From: an uncultured Acidobacteriota bacterium
GTDB lineage: Bacteria; Acidobacteriota; Vicinamibacteria; Vicinamibacterales; UBA2999
Assembly: GCA_963773045.1 (NCBI GenBank)
Contig: CAVYZT010000003.1
Coordinates: forward strand, 130,486 to 194,485
Length of the DNA: 64,000 nucleotides
Reading direction: 5' to 3'
The position numbers and the translations under genes are program-made. Shown here piece after piece: positions 35,137 to 43,263 of the stretch (positions are counted from its first letter, which is position 1; the number at the start of each line of letters is the position of its first letter). The notes below the pieces were generated by a model. That model did not search any database. It was not told the DNA's origin and worked only from the letters and a program-made list of their open reading frames with translations.

Positions 35137-35848
35137 CGCGCCGCCGGACAAGTCGCCAGCGCGCGTTGCGGGCATGTTCGACGCGATCGCCGGCCGCTAC
35201 GATTTCCTCAACACCTTTCTTTCGGCCGGTCTCGATCGTCACTGGCGGCGTCGAGCGATCGGCACGCTGGCGCTCACCGGGCGCGAAACGCTCCTCGATG
35301 TCTGCACCGGAACCGCCGACATCGCGATTGGTGCAGCTCGTCGTTCGAGTGGGGCGCGCCACGTCGTGGGCGTCGACTTCTCGGGCTCGATGCTGGTTCA
35401 CGGCCTGGAGAAGGTCCGCGCCAACGCCCTCGAACCGCGAGTCCGGCTCGTTCGTGGTGATGCGATGAAACTGCCGGTGGCCGATGCGTCGGTCGACGCG
35501 CTCACCATCGGCTTCGGGATTCGCAACGTGCAGCACACCGAGACCGCTTGTGCGGAGTTATTTCGCGTGCTGAAGCCCGGTGGACGGCTGGCGATTCTCG
35601 AGTTCGGCCTGCCGACGGCGGCTGCCGTCCGTCCGCTTTACCTCTGGTACTTCAAGAATGTCTTGCCTCAGATTGGTCGTGCCGTGTCCCAACATACGTC
35701 GGCCTACAGCTATCTTCCCGATTCGGTGGGCAGCTTCCCGTGGGGCGAGGATTTCGCCCGGTTGCTTCGTGCTGCAGGATTTTCACAGGTGGAGTCGCGT
35801 CCGTTGACGTTCGGTGTCGTATATCTCTACAGTGCGCGAAAAACCTGA
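35126..35848 (+). CDS. ubiE: Demethylmenaquinone/ubiquinone C-methyltransferase
   Basis: VAGMFDAIAGRYDFLNTFLSAGLDRHWRR and LLDVCTGTADIA (SAM motif I), typical of UbiE/MenG. Confidence 0.9.
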   Translation: MSADAPPDKSPARVAGMFDAIAGRYDFLNTFLSAGLDRHWRRRAIGTLALTGRETLLDVCTGTADIAIGAARRSSGARHVVGVDFSGSMLVHGLEKVRANALEPRVRLVRGDAMKLPVADASVDALTIGFGIRNVQHTETACAELFRVLKPGGRLAILEFGLPTAAAVRPLYLWYFKNVLPQIGRAVSQHTSAYSYLPDSVGSFPWGEDFARLLRAAGFSQVESRPLTFGVVYLYSARKT

Positions 35849-35910
35849 GGTCGAACGACAAACCTGAAGGTTGGCCGCACTCCCCACTGCTATACTTTTG
35901 TAAATAGCTG

Positions 35911-36825
35911 ATGTACTTCGACTTCGACGATCGCTACACGGACATTGAGCCCGTTGGGCGGGCGATCAATCGCCGTGACGGCGTGGCCGTGTCTGTAGGG
36001 GTACACACGGCAATCCTGGTGGCCATTTTGTTTTTGCCCCAGTTCCTTCCCGACCGGCCATCCGCGAAGCCACTCGTGCCGCCAGATCGCAATAGGCCAC
36101 CGGAATTCGTCTTCGTGCAACCCAAGGTGGACCTGCCGGCGCTGCGCGCGCCGCAGCGCGCCGACATCTCTGACGCCGACCGCAAAGCGCGCTCGGTTGA
36201 ACGCGCTCCCGAGATCCGCAACCCGCTGCCGTTTGCGCGCGGCGATTCCCCTCAGCGAGTCGAGTCGAGTCCTGATGAACGCATGCGGGGCCGCGGGCCG
36301 GCCCCGGAGCCGGCGCCGCCGGCGCCCACGCCGAGCCCCGAGGTTCCCACACAAGCGGAGCAAGATCGACTGGCGCTGATGCAGAAGCCGGCAATGCAGC
36401 CGCCGGCGGGAGGATCGCTCGGCGAAGCACTCAAGAACCTGCAGAAGTACGTGCAGAACGAATCGTTCAACAATCGCAGCGGGCAGACGCAGGACTTCGG
36501 CCCCGCGATCCAGTTCGACACGAAAGGCGTCGAGTTCGGCCCGTGGATTCGAAGATTCGTGTCGCAGGTACGGCGGAACTGGTTCGTGCCCTACGCCGCG
36601 ATGTCGATGCGCGGGCGCGTGGTCATCACCTTCAACGTGCACCGCAGTGGCGCGATCACGGATGTCACCGTCGTCAGGCCCTCGGAGATCGACTCGTTCA
36701 ACACCGCGGCAGTGAACGCCCTTCTCGCCTCGAATCCAACCGAGCCGCTCCCGAAGGAATACCCGGACGACAAGGCGTTCTTCACGGTGACGTTCTTCTA
36801 TAACGAGTCTCCGCCGGGGCAGTAG
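35911..36825 (+). CDS. TonB family energy transducer-like protein
   Basis: One N-terminal TM span, a Pro-rich linker (PAPEPAPPAPTPSPEVP) and a C-terminal TonB-type domain (GRVVITFNVHRSGAITDVTVVRPSEIDSFNTAAVNAL). Confidence 0.75.
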   Translation: MYFDFDDRYTDIEPVGRAINRRDGVAVSVGVHTAILVAILFLPQFLPDRPSAKPLVPPDRNRPPEFVFVQPKVDLPALRAPQRADISDADRKARSVERAPEIRNPLPFARGDSPQRVESSPDERMRGRGPAPEPAPPAPTPSPEVPTQAEQDRLALMQKPAMQPPAGGSLGEALKNLQKYVQNESFNNRSGQTQDFGPAIQFDTKGVEFGPWIRRFVSQVRRNWFVPYAAMSMRGRVVITFNVHRSGAITDVTVVRPSEIDSFNTAAVNALLASNPTEPLPKEYPDDKAFFTVTFFYNESPPGQ

Positions 36826-36901
36826 AACCTGCAGAACCTGTAGAACCTGCAGAACCTGCAGAACCTGCAGAACCTGCAGAACCTGCAGAACCTGTGGACC
36901 T
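36822..36901 (+). repeat. Nine tandem nonamers G(C/T)AGAACCT running from the tonB-like TAG stop to the miaA GTG start
   Basis: gtagaacct gcagaacct gtagaacct gcagaacct x5 gtggacct. It generates the spurious QVLQVLQVL antisense ORF in the track. Confidence 0.95.
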
Positions 36902-37864
36902 GTGAAACGACTCATCGCTATCCTCGGCCCGACCGCGACGGGCAAGAGTGCGCTCGGTATCGCCATCGCGCAGCAACTGGACGGCGAGATCGTCAACTGC
37001 GATTCGACGGCTGTTTATCGTGGCTTTGATATCGGCACCGACAAAGTGCCGGTGGGCGAGCGTGGCGGGATTCCTCATCATCTGATCGACATCGCCAATC
37101 CGACCGACGAGTACACCGCGGCACAGTACGCGCGCGACGCGGCTCAGGTGATCCGAGAAATCCATGGGCGCGGCCGTCTCCCGATCGTGGTGGGCGGGAC
37201 CGGCCTCTACTACCGCGCGTTGACACGGGGATTGTTTCCGGGGCCAGGCAAGGATGCCGATCTTCGAAACCGGCTCGAGCGCGTCGCCGCTCGGAAAGGC
37301 ACTGAGGCGCTGCACCGGATGGTGTCGCGCGTCGATCCGCCGTCCGGCGATCGGATTCAACCGAGGGACCGCAAACGGCTGATCCGAGCGCTCGAGGTCT
37401 ACTTCGTCACGGGCCGCCCGCTCACCGCGCACTTCGCGGAGACGGTGTCGCCGCTCGATCCCGGTGTAAAGGTAACGGCTATTGCGCTGAATGCGCCGAT
37501 GTCATGGCTCGCCGATCGCCTGGCGCGACGCGTCGAGGCGCAGTTCGAGTCGGGACTGCTGGATGAGATCCGAGGGCTGCTCGCCTCGGGTATTCCCCCC
37601 GATGCACGCCCGTTCGGGGGACTGGTCTACAGGCAGGCGCTCGAGCACCTGCGCGGCGTGCGCGACGAGCCGGCGACCCGCGTGCTCATCACGCAGGAGA
37701 ACCGTCGCTACGCTCGACGGCAGTTGATCTGGTTCCGAAAAGAGCCTAACCTTGTTTGGCTTGACGGGCCTGGCGCGTCGCCGGCCGTTCAATCCGCAAT
37801 CATCCGCATGCTGGCCGATCAGCAAGCGCGGTCGAAGGACACGCGACATGTCGCCGATACCTGA
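36902..37864 (+). CDS. miaA: tRNA dimethylallyltransferase
   Basis: LIAILGPTATGKSALGIAIA P-loop, DSTAVYRGFDIGTDK, HHLIDI. It is followed by hfq as in many bacteria. Confidence 0.9.
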   Translation: MKRLIAILGPTATGKSALGIAIAQQLDGEIVNCDSTAVYRGFDIGTDKVPVGERGGIPHHLIDIANPTDEYTAAQYARDAAQVIREIHGRGRLPIVVGGTGLYYRALTRGLFPGPGKDADLRNRLERVAARKGTEALHRMVSRVDPPSGDRIQPRDRKRLIRALEVYFVTGRPLTAHFAETVSPLDPGVKVTAIALNAPMSWLADRLARRVEAQFESGLLDEIRGLLASGIPPDARPFGGLVYRQALEHLRGVRDEPATRVLITQENRRYARRQLIWFRKEPNLVWLDGPGASPAVQSAIIRMLADQQARSKDTRHVADT

Positions 37865-38105
37865 AACGAAAACCGGCGCACCAAACATCCAGGATGTCTT
37901 CCTGAATTACGCCCGCCGCGAGAAGCTGCCAGTCGTGGTGCATCTGCTCGACGGTCGAGAGTTCGAAGTGCGAATCAAGAACTTCGATCGCTTTGCGCTG
38001 ATCGTGGATCACGCCGGCATGGATCACTTGATCTTCAAGCACGCCATCGCGACCATTCGCACGCCTCGAAGCGTGCCGAACTACTTCTCGTCGCATCATC
38101 CCTAG
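37848..38105 (+). CDS. hfq: RNA chaperone Hfq
   Basis: The internal ATG of ORF 37752..38105 gives NIQDVFLNYARREKLPVVVHLLDGREFEVRIKNFDRFALIV...IFKHAIATI (Sm1/Sm2 motifs). Confidence 0.9.
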   Translation: MSPIPETKTGAPNIQDVFLNYARREKLPVVVHLLDGREFEVRIKNFDRFALIVDHAGMDHLIFKHAIATIRTPRSVPNYFSSHHP

Positions 38106-38139
38106 CGCACTTGACCCGCGAAGCGGAGCCTCGCTCGGC

Positions 38140-39315
38140 GTGTTTCGACGCGCCATTGTGATCGTGCTCGACAGCGTCGGCATCGGCGAATTGCCGGATG
38201 CCGCGCTGTACGGTGACGAAGGCAGCAACACGCTCGGCCACATCGCCGAGCACGTCCCGTTGGCGCTTCCAACTCTGAACGCGCTCGGGCTCGCCAACGT
38301 CATCGCGCTACCCGGATCACGACCGGCCGGCCGGCCGGCGGCAGCGTACGGACGACTCGCCGAGCGATCGCCCGGCAAGGATTCGGTCACCGGTCACTGG
38401 GAGCTCATGGGCGTCGTCCTGGACCGCGCGTTTCCCACGTTCCCCCACGGTTTCCCCACGTCGCTGATCGCCGAGTTCGAACGGCGCATCGGACGTCCGT
38501 CGCTCGGCAACGTGGTCGCATCCGGCACCGCGATCATCGACGAGCTTGGCCCTCGCCACATGGAGACCGGGTCGCCGATCGTCTACACGTCCGCCGACAG
38601 CGTGTTTCAAATCGCCGCTCATGAGGAGATCGTCGCGGTCCGGCAGCTCTACGAATGGTGTGAAGACGCATATGATCTTGCGGTGCGCGCGCTCGGCCTG
38701 GGACGAGTGATTGCCCGGCCGTTCGTCGGCCATCCAGGCGCCTTCGTGCGAACCTCCAACCGCCACGACTACGCCATGCCGCCGACCGCCGAGACGCTCC
38801 TCGATCGACTGAAAGTCGTCGGCCAGCCGGTGACGGCGATTGGCAAGATCAGCGACCTGTTTGCCGGCCGGGGCATCGGCGACGCATACCCGACCAAAAA
38901 CGACTCGGACGGCATGGCGCGCGTGACCCAGGTGATGGGAAGCCAGATTGGCGGCCTGATCTTCGCCAACCTCGTCGATTTCGACACGCTCTACGGGCAT
39001 CGCAACGATATCCAGGGGTACGCGACCAATCTCGAACGCTTCGACCGTGAGCTGGCGCCGCTTCTTGGAGCGCTGAACGACGACGACCTGTTGGTGATTA
39101 CGGCGGATCACGGCAACGACCCGAGCACGCCCAGCACGGATCACTCGCGGGAATATGTGCCGCTCCTGGTGACAGGACCAAGAGTTCGGCCAGGCGTCGA
39201 TCTTGGAACGCGGGACACGTTCGCCGACTTGGGCCAGACGTTGGCCGACCTCTTCCAGACGCCGCCTCTGGCCAACGGCGTGAGTTTCTTGTCGCAGATT
39301 CAGGGAACTGAATGA
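38140..39315 (+). CDS. deoB: Phosphopentomutase
   Basis: RAIVIVLDSVGIGELPDA...GKDSVTGHWELMG...ITADHGNDP motifs. Confidence 0.9.
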   Translation: MFRRAIVIVLDSVGIGELPDAALYGDEGSNTLGHIAEHVPLALPTLNALGLANVIALPGSRPAGRPAAAYGRLAERSPGKDSVTGHWELMGVVLDRAFPTFPHGFPTSLIAEFERRIGRPSLGNVVASGTAIIDELGPRHMETGSPIVYTSADSVFQIAAHEEIVAVRQLYEWCEDAYDLAVRALGLGRVIARPFVGHPGAFVRTSNRHDYAMPPTAETLLDRLKVVGQPVTAIGKISDLFAGRGIGDAYPTKNDSDGMARVTQVMGSQIGGLIFANLVDFDTLYGHRNDIQGYATNLERFDRELAPLLGALNDDDLLVITADHGNDPSTPSTDHSREYVPLLVTGPRVRPGVDLGTRDTFADLGQTLADLFQTPPLANGVSFLSQIQGTE

Positions 39316-40379
39316 GCGGCTCCTCGTCGATCGGGATCCGCCAGCAGCTCGAGGCCCGCGAGCGCGAGATCCTCGCCCCGCAGGCGGCCAAGAGTGCCGA
39401 CACGAAGGGGCGGCTGCGCCCCGAGGCCGAAGACCCGATTCGCCCGGCGTTCCAGCGCGACCGCGATCGGATCATTCACACCAAGGCGTTTCGCCGCCTC
39501 AAGCACAAGACGCAAGTCTTCTTTTCGCCGGCCGGCGATCACTACCGGACCCGGCTTACTCACACGCTCGAGGTTGCGCAGATCGCGCGGACCATCGCCA
39601 AAGTGCTTCGCCTGCATGAGGAGCTGACCGAGGCGATTGCGCTCGGGCATGACCTCGGCCACACGCCCTTCGGCCATGCCGGCGAGCGCGTGCTCAGCAC
39701 CCTCGTGCCTGGCGGCTTCAACCATTACGAGCAGAGCCTTCGCATCGTCGATGTCCTCGAGAACAACCGCGAGGGGCTCAACCTCACGTGGGAAGTTCGC
39801 GACGGCATCGCGCGGCATTCCAAGGGGAAAAGCGGGTTGCCGGTGGGAGCTCCGCCGGAACACCGCGCCAGCACGATCGAGGGCCAGATCGCACGTGTGG
39901 CCGACATCGTCGCCTACGTCAATCACGATATCGACGATGCGGTGCGCGCCGGCATTCTCGACGAAGCCAGCCTGCCGCGCGACGCGGTTCGGCTCCTGGG
40001 ACATTCGCCGTCCGAACGGATCGGCCGGATGGTCACCGACGTCGTCCAAGAGACCATCTCCGGCGATCTCGCCGAAATCCGGATGAGCGACGCGGTCCTG
40101 GAAGCCACGCTCGAGCTCAGGACCTTTCTGTTTTCGGCGGTCTACGAAAACCAGATCGCGACGGCGGAATTCGCCAAGGCGGAGAGCATCCTCGGCGGAC
40201 TCTGGGAAAAGGTGACGGAGCGCCCGGAGGACTTCCTCGATTTGCGGACGGTCAGCGCCGAAGGCGTCGGCGTCGCGGCCCAGGATTTCGTCGCGGGAAT
40301 GACCGATCGCTACGCCGTCAGCCTCTTCGAACGCCTCTTCATCCCCAAACCTTGGGTCGGGCCTAGCGTGGTATATTGA
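39312..40379 (+). CDS. Deoxyguanosinetriphosphate triphosphohydrolase-like HD-domain protein
   Basis: FQRDRDRIIHTKAFRRLKHKTQVF...RTRLTHTLEVAQIAR...GHDLGHTPFGH is typical of the dGTPase family. Confidence 0.85.
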   Translation: MSGSSSIGIRQQLEAREREILAPQAAKSADTKGRLRPEAEDPIRPAFQRDRDRIIHTKAFRRLKHKTQVFFSPAGDHYRTRLTHTLEVAQIARTIAKVLRLHEELTEAIALGHDLGHTPFGHAGERVLSTLVPGGFNHYEQSLRIVDVLENNREGLNLTWEVRDGIARHSKGKSGLPVGAPPEHRASTIEGQIARVADIVAYVNHDIDDAVRAGILDEASLPRDAVRLLGHSPSERIGRMVTDVVQETISGDLAEIRMSDAVLEATLELRTFLFSAVYENQIATAEFAKAESILGGLWEKVTERPEDFLDLRTVSAEGVGVAAQDFVAGMTDRYAVSLFERLFIPKPWVGPSVVY

Positions 40380-40410
40380 AAGGTCTTGGCTTCCGCCAAA
40401 AGGCGCGGGA

Positions 40411-40968
40411 GTGCGTACGATCATGCGCCTGGACCTGTCTCATATTCGGCAGTCGGAGACGCCGTTCGACCGACGGTATGAGCCGGACGCGTTTGCCGGA
40501 ACCGTAGAGGACTACCGGGTCATCGCACCGGTCATCCTCCGGATGACGATCCACAAGGACAAAGATCGCTTCCGGTTGGTTGGCACGGTCGAAACCCAGC
40601 TCGAGATCGAGTGCAGCCGGTGTCTCGAGCGATTTGCACTGCCGGTCGACCGGACGTTCGACTTGCGGTACCTCCCGACGGGCGAATCGGCATCGGGAGC
40701 CAAAGACGATGAGGACGAGATCGCAGACGATGACGTCTCGATCACGTTCTATCGGGACGATGCGATCGATCTCGGCGACGTGCAGCGGGAGCAGTTCTAT
40801 CTCGCGCTGCCGATGAAGCCGCTCTGTCGTCCCGATTGCCGGGGGATTTGCCCGCACTGCGGCATCAACCGGAACGTCGAGAGCTGTCAGTGTGAAAGCC
40901 GGTGGGAAGATCCCCGGCTGGCCGGTCTCAAAACGTTGATGACGAGTCGAAAGCCGAACGATGCCTAA
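40411..40968 (+). CDS. yceD: YceD family (DUF177) protein
   Basis: An acidic protein with ...CSRCLERF... and C-terminal CRPDCRGICPHCGINRN. It sits immediately upstream of rpmF. Confidence 0.8.
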   Translation: MRTIMRLDLSHIRQSETPFDRRYEPDAFAGTVEDYRVIAPVILRMTIHKDKDRFRLVGTVETQLEIECSRCLERFALPVDRTFDLRYLPTGESASGAKDDEDEIADDDVSITFYRDDAIDLGDVQREQFYLALPMKPLCRPDCRGICPHCGINRNVESCQCESRWEDPRLAGLKTLMTSRKPNDA

Positions 40969-41143
40969 TCCAAAACGCCGACATTCCAAGACCCGTGGCC
41001 GCAAGCGCCGGACCCACGACGCGCTCAAGGCGACCAACGCCGGCAGCTGCCCGCAGTGCGGCGAGCCGAAGGCCGCGCACCGCGTGTGCGCGTATTGCGG
41101 CTTCTACCGCGGCCGCCAGGTCCGTCCCGTCGATCAAGATTGA
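40961..41143 (+). CDS. rpmF: 50S ribosomal protein L32
   Basis: MPNPKRRHSKTRGRKRRTHDALK...CPQCGEPKAAHRVCAYCGFYRGRQV. Confidence 0.95.
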   Translation: MPNPKRRHSKTRGRKRRTHDALKATNAGSCPQCGEPKAAHRVCAYCGFYRGRQVRPVDQD

Positions 41144-42072
41144 TCGCCTTCATTTTTCCAGGCCAAGGATCACAGACCGTCGGCATGGGACAGGCGCTCG
41201 CCGAGCGCTTTCCCGTGTGCGCGGCGACCTTTGCCGAAGCCGATGCGGCGCTGGGCGAGCCTCTGAGCGACCTGATCTTCAACGGCCCCGCGGACCGGCT
41301 GACGCTGACCGAGAACACGCAGCCGGCCATCCTCACCATGAGCATTGCGGTGTCACGGCTCCTGGCTCAGCACGGGATGGAGCCGTCGATCGTGGCTGGG
41401 CACAGTCTCGGCGAGTACTCGGCGAACGTCGCGGCCGGGACCTTTGCCTTCAGCGACGCCGTTCGGCTGGTTCGCAACCGGGGCCGATACATGCAGGAAG
41501 CCGTAGCGGTTGGCGAGGGCGCCATGGCGGCCATTCTGGGCCTCAACGAGGACGGTGTCCGCAAGGCGTGCGAAGAGGCCGCCCAGGGCGAAGTCGTGAG
41601 TCCGGCGAACCTGAACGCGCCCGGTCAGATCGTGATTGCCGGAGCGACGGCGGCGGTGGGACGCGCCAGCAAGCGGGCGAAGGCCCTGGGTGCGCGCCGC
41701 GCCATTCCGTTGCGGGTGAGTGCGCCCTTCCATTGCGCGTTGATGAAACCGGCCGAGCGCCGGCTCGAGCCCGAGCTGCGATCGGTGCCAACCGTGACGC
41801 CGGCCGTGCCGATCGTGGCCAACGTCGATGCCGAGCCCAAGCGAACCGCAGAGGCAGCGATCGACGCGTTGGTCCAACAAGTGTCGCTGCCGGTGCGGTG
41901 GGAAGCCGTGGTTCGCCGTCTTGCGTCGGCCGGCGCCACCGCATATGTTGAGGTGGGTCCCGGCAGGGTGCTGTCCGGCCTCGTCAAGAAGATCGATCGC
42001 GAGGCCACCATCCTCAACGTCGAGGGGCCTGACGACCTCGCCGCGGTCGAGGCGTTGTTCAAGCCGGCGTGA
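41140..42072 (+). CDS. fabD: ACP S-malonyltransferase
   Basis: (L/M)IAFIFPGQGSQTVGMG...VAGHSLGEYSA...APFHCALM. The TTG start overlaps the rpmF stop. Upstream residues of ORF 41056 are an alternate frame of rpmF. Confidence 0.9.
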   Translation: MIAFIFPGQGSQTVGMGQALAERFPVCAATFAEADAALGEPLSDLIFNGPADRLTLTENTQPAILTMSIAVSRLLAQHGMEPSIVAGHSLGEYSANVAAGTFAFSDAVRLVRNRGRYMQEAVAVGEGAMAAILGLNEDGVRKACEEAAQGEVVSPANLNAPGQIVIAGATAAVGRASKRAKALGARRAIPLRVSAPFHCALMKPAERRLEPELRSVPTVTPAVPIVANVDAEPKRTAEAAIDALVQQVSLPVRWEAVVRRLASAGATAYVEVGPGRVLSGLVKKIDREATILNVEGPDDLAAVEALFKPA

Positions 42073-42090
42073 CGCGCAGCCACTGTACCC

Positions 42091-42161
42091 AGACATCTTT
42101 GAAGGGCCATAAAAACCACTGGTTATGAGTCAACTTTTTGAGGTGGCCCTTCAAGATGTCT
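42091..42161. other. Large hairpin: 19/18-nt arms (agacatctttgaagggcca / tggcccttcaagatgtct, one bulge) around a 34-nt AT-rich loop, in the fabD-fabG spacer
   Basis: The arms were checked by reverse-complementing by eye. The loop taaaaaccactggttatgagtcaactttttgagg has 12 of 34 G+C in an otherwise GC-rich locus. Confidence 0.75.
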
Positions 42162-42250
42162 CGCGCCGCGGCGCGGCGCAAGGCAAGATAGCCCTCGCGA
42201 GGCGAAGCCGCACGTGCGCCTCTCGGCTCGTTCACGCGGGGCCTCGCTAG

Positions 42251-42988
42251 ATGTCATTGCCGGACAAGGTCGCGATCGTGACCGGTGCGTCTCGCGGCAT
42301 CGGACGGGCGATTGCCGAACGCCTGGCCGCCGGCGGCGCCACCGTGGTGTGCGTCGCGCGCGAGTCGAACGCCCAGCCGACCGTGCAAGCGATTCAGGCT
42401 TCGGGTGGGAAGGCGTCGATGTTCAGCGCGGATGTGACCGATCGCGCCGCCATCGATCGCCTGGTGAAGGAGACCGTGGAGCAGCACGGGCGGCTCGACA
42501 TCCTGGTCAGCAACGCCGGCATTACCCGCGACCAGTTGATGCTGCGCATGAAGCAGGAGGACTGGGACGAGGTGATCTCGACCAACCTCACCGCGGCGTT
42601 TGTGCTCTGTCAGGCCGCACTGAAGCCGATGATTCGACAGCGATCGGGCCGCATCGTCGCGGTCAGCTCGGTCGTCGGCCAGATGGGCAACGCAGGACAG
42701 GCGAACTACGCCGCGTCGAAGGCCGGACTGATTGGTTTTTGCAAAGCGCTGGCGCGTGAGATCGCGTCGCGCCAGGTAACCGTGAACGTGGTGGCGCCGG
42801 GATTTGTCGATACCGACATGACCCGCGCGATCGCGGCGAACGCAAAAGTGGACTGGACGACGCAGATTCCACTCGGGCGTTTGGGGACACCCGCCGATGT
42901 TGCGGCGGCAGTGAGTTTCCTCGCGTCGGATGAGGCGTCGTATATTACTGGGCAGGTTCTCGCCGTCAACGGCGGGATCTACATGTAG
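42251..42988 (+). CDS. fabG: 3-oxoacyl-ACP reductase
   Basis: [16 protein letters not shown]...NAGITRD...YAASKAG...[12 protein letters not shown]. Confidence 0.95.
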   Translation: MSLPDKVAIVTGASRGIGRAIAERLAAGGATVVCVARESNAQPTVQAIQASGGKASMFSADVTDRAAIDRLVKETVEQHGRLDILVSNAGITRDQLMLRMKQEDWDEVISTNLTAAFVLCQAALKPMIRQRSGRIVAVSSVVGQMGNAGQANYAASKAGLIGFCKALAREIASRQVTVNVVAPGFVDTDMTRAIAANAKVDWTTQIPLGRLGTPADVAAAVSFLASDEASYITGQVLAVNGGIYM

Positions 42989-42996
42989 GAGGTCAC

Positions 42997-43236
42997 GTGG
43001 CCGTTGCCGACAAGGTCAAGAGCATCATCGTGGAGCAACTCGGTGTCGACGAAGAAGAAGTGACACCGGATGCGTCGTTCGTGGACGACCTGGGCGCCGA
43101 CTCACTCGATACTGTCGAACTCGTGATGGCGTTCGAAGAGGAGTTCGGCATTGAGATCCCTGACGAGGAAGCGGAGAAGATCACGCGCGTCAAGGAAGCC
43201 GTCGACTACATCGAGTCGCACTCGAAAAAGAAGTAG
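42997..43236 (+). CDS. acpP: Acyl carrier protein
   Basis: [16 protein letters not shown]...[27 protein letters not shown]. The RBS is aggaggtcac. Confidence 0.95.
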   Translation: MAVADKVKSIIVEQLGVDEEEVTPDASFVDDLGADSLDTVELVMAFEEEFGIEIPDEEAEKITRVKEAVDYIESHSKKK

Positions 43237-43263
43237 TCGCTCGGCCCGGCGGACGGAGGACAC

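Noticed and set aside
36822-36901. Whether the tandem arrays (here and at the other listed loci) could be CRISPR arrays.
   Set aside because: The units are 7-11 nt and directly abutting, with no unique spacers of 25-40 nt. No cas genes or leader are present. These are simple tandem repeats, not CRISPR.
35890-36996. A 368-aa minus-strand ORF containing QVLQVLQVLQVLQVL.
   Set aside because: The repeat peptide is just the antisense translation of the nonamer array. The rest is antisense to the tonB-like gene and miaA and is low-complexity.
42125-42250. A 41-codon ORF (MSQLFEVALQDVSRRGAAQGKIALARRSRTCASRLVHAGPR) ending exactly at the fabG ATG.
   Set aside because: It has no RBS. It starts inside the hairpin loop, and its basic low-complexity sequence has no hydrophobic or known-peptide features. 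It is most likely non-coding and is mentioned only within the hairpin finding.
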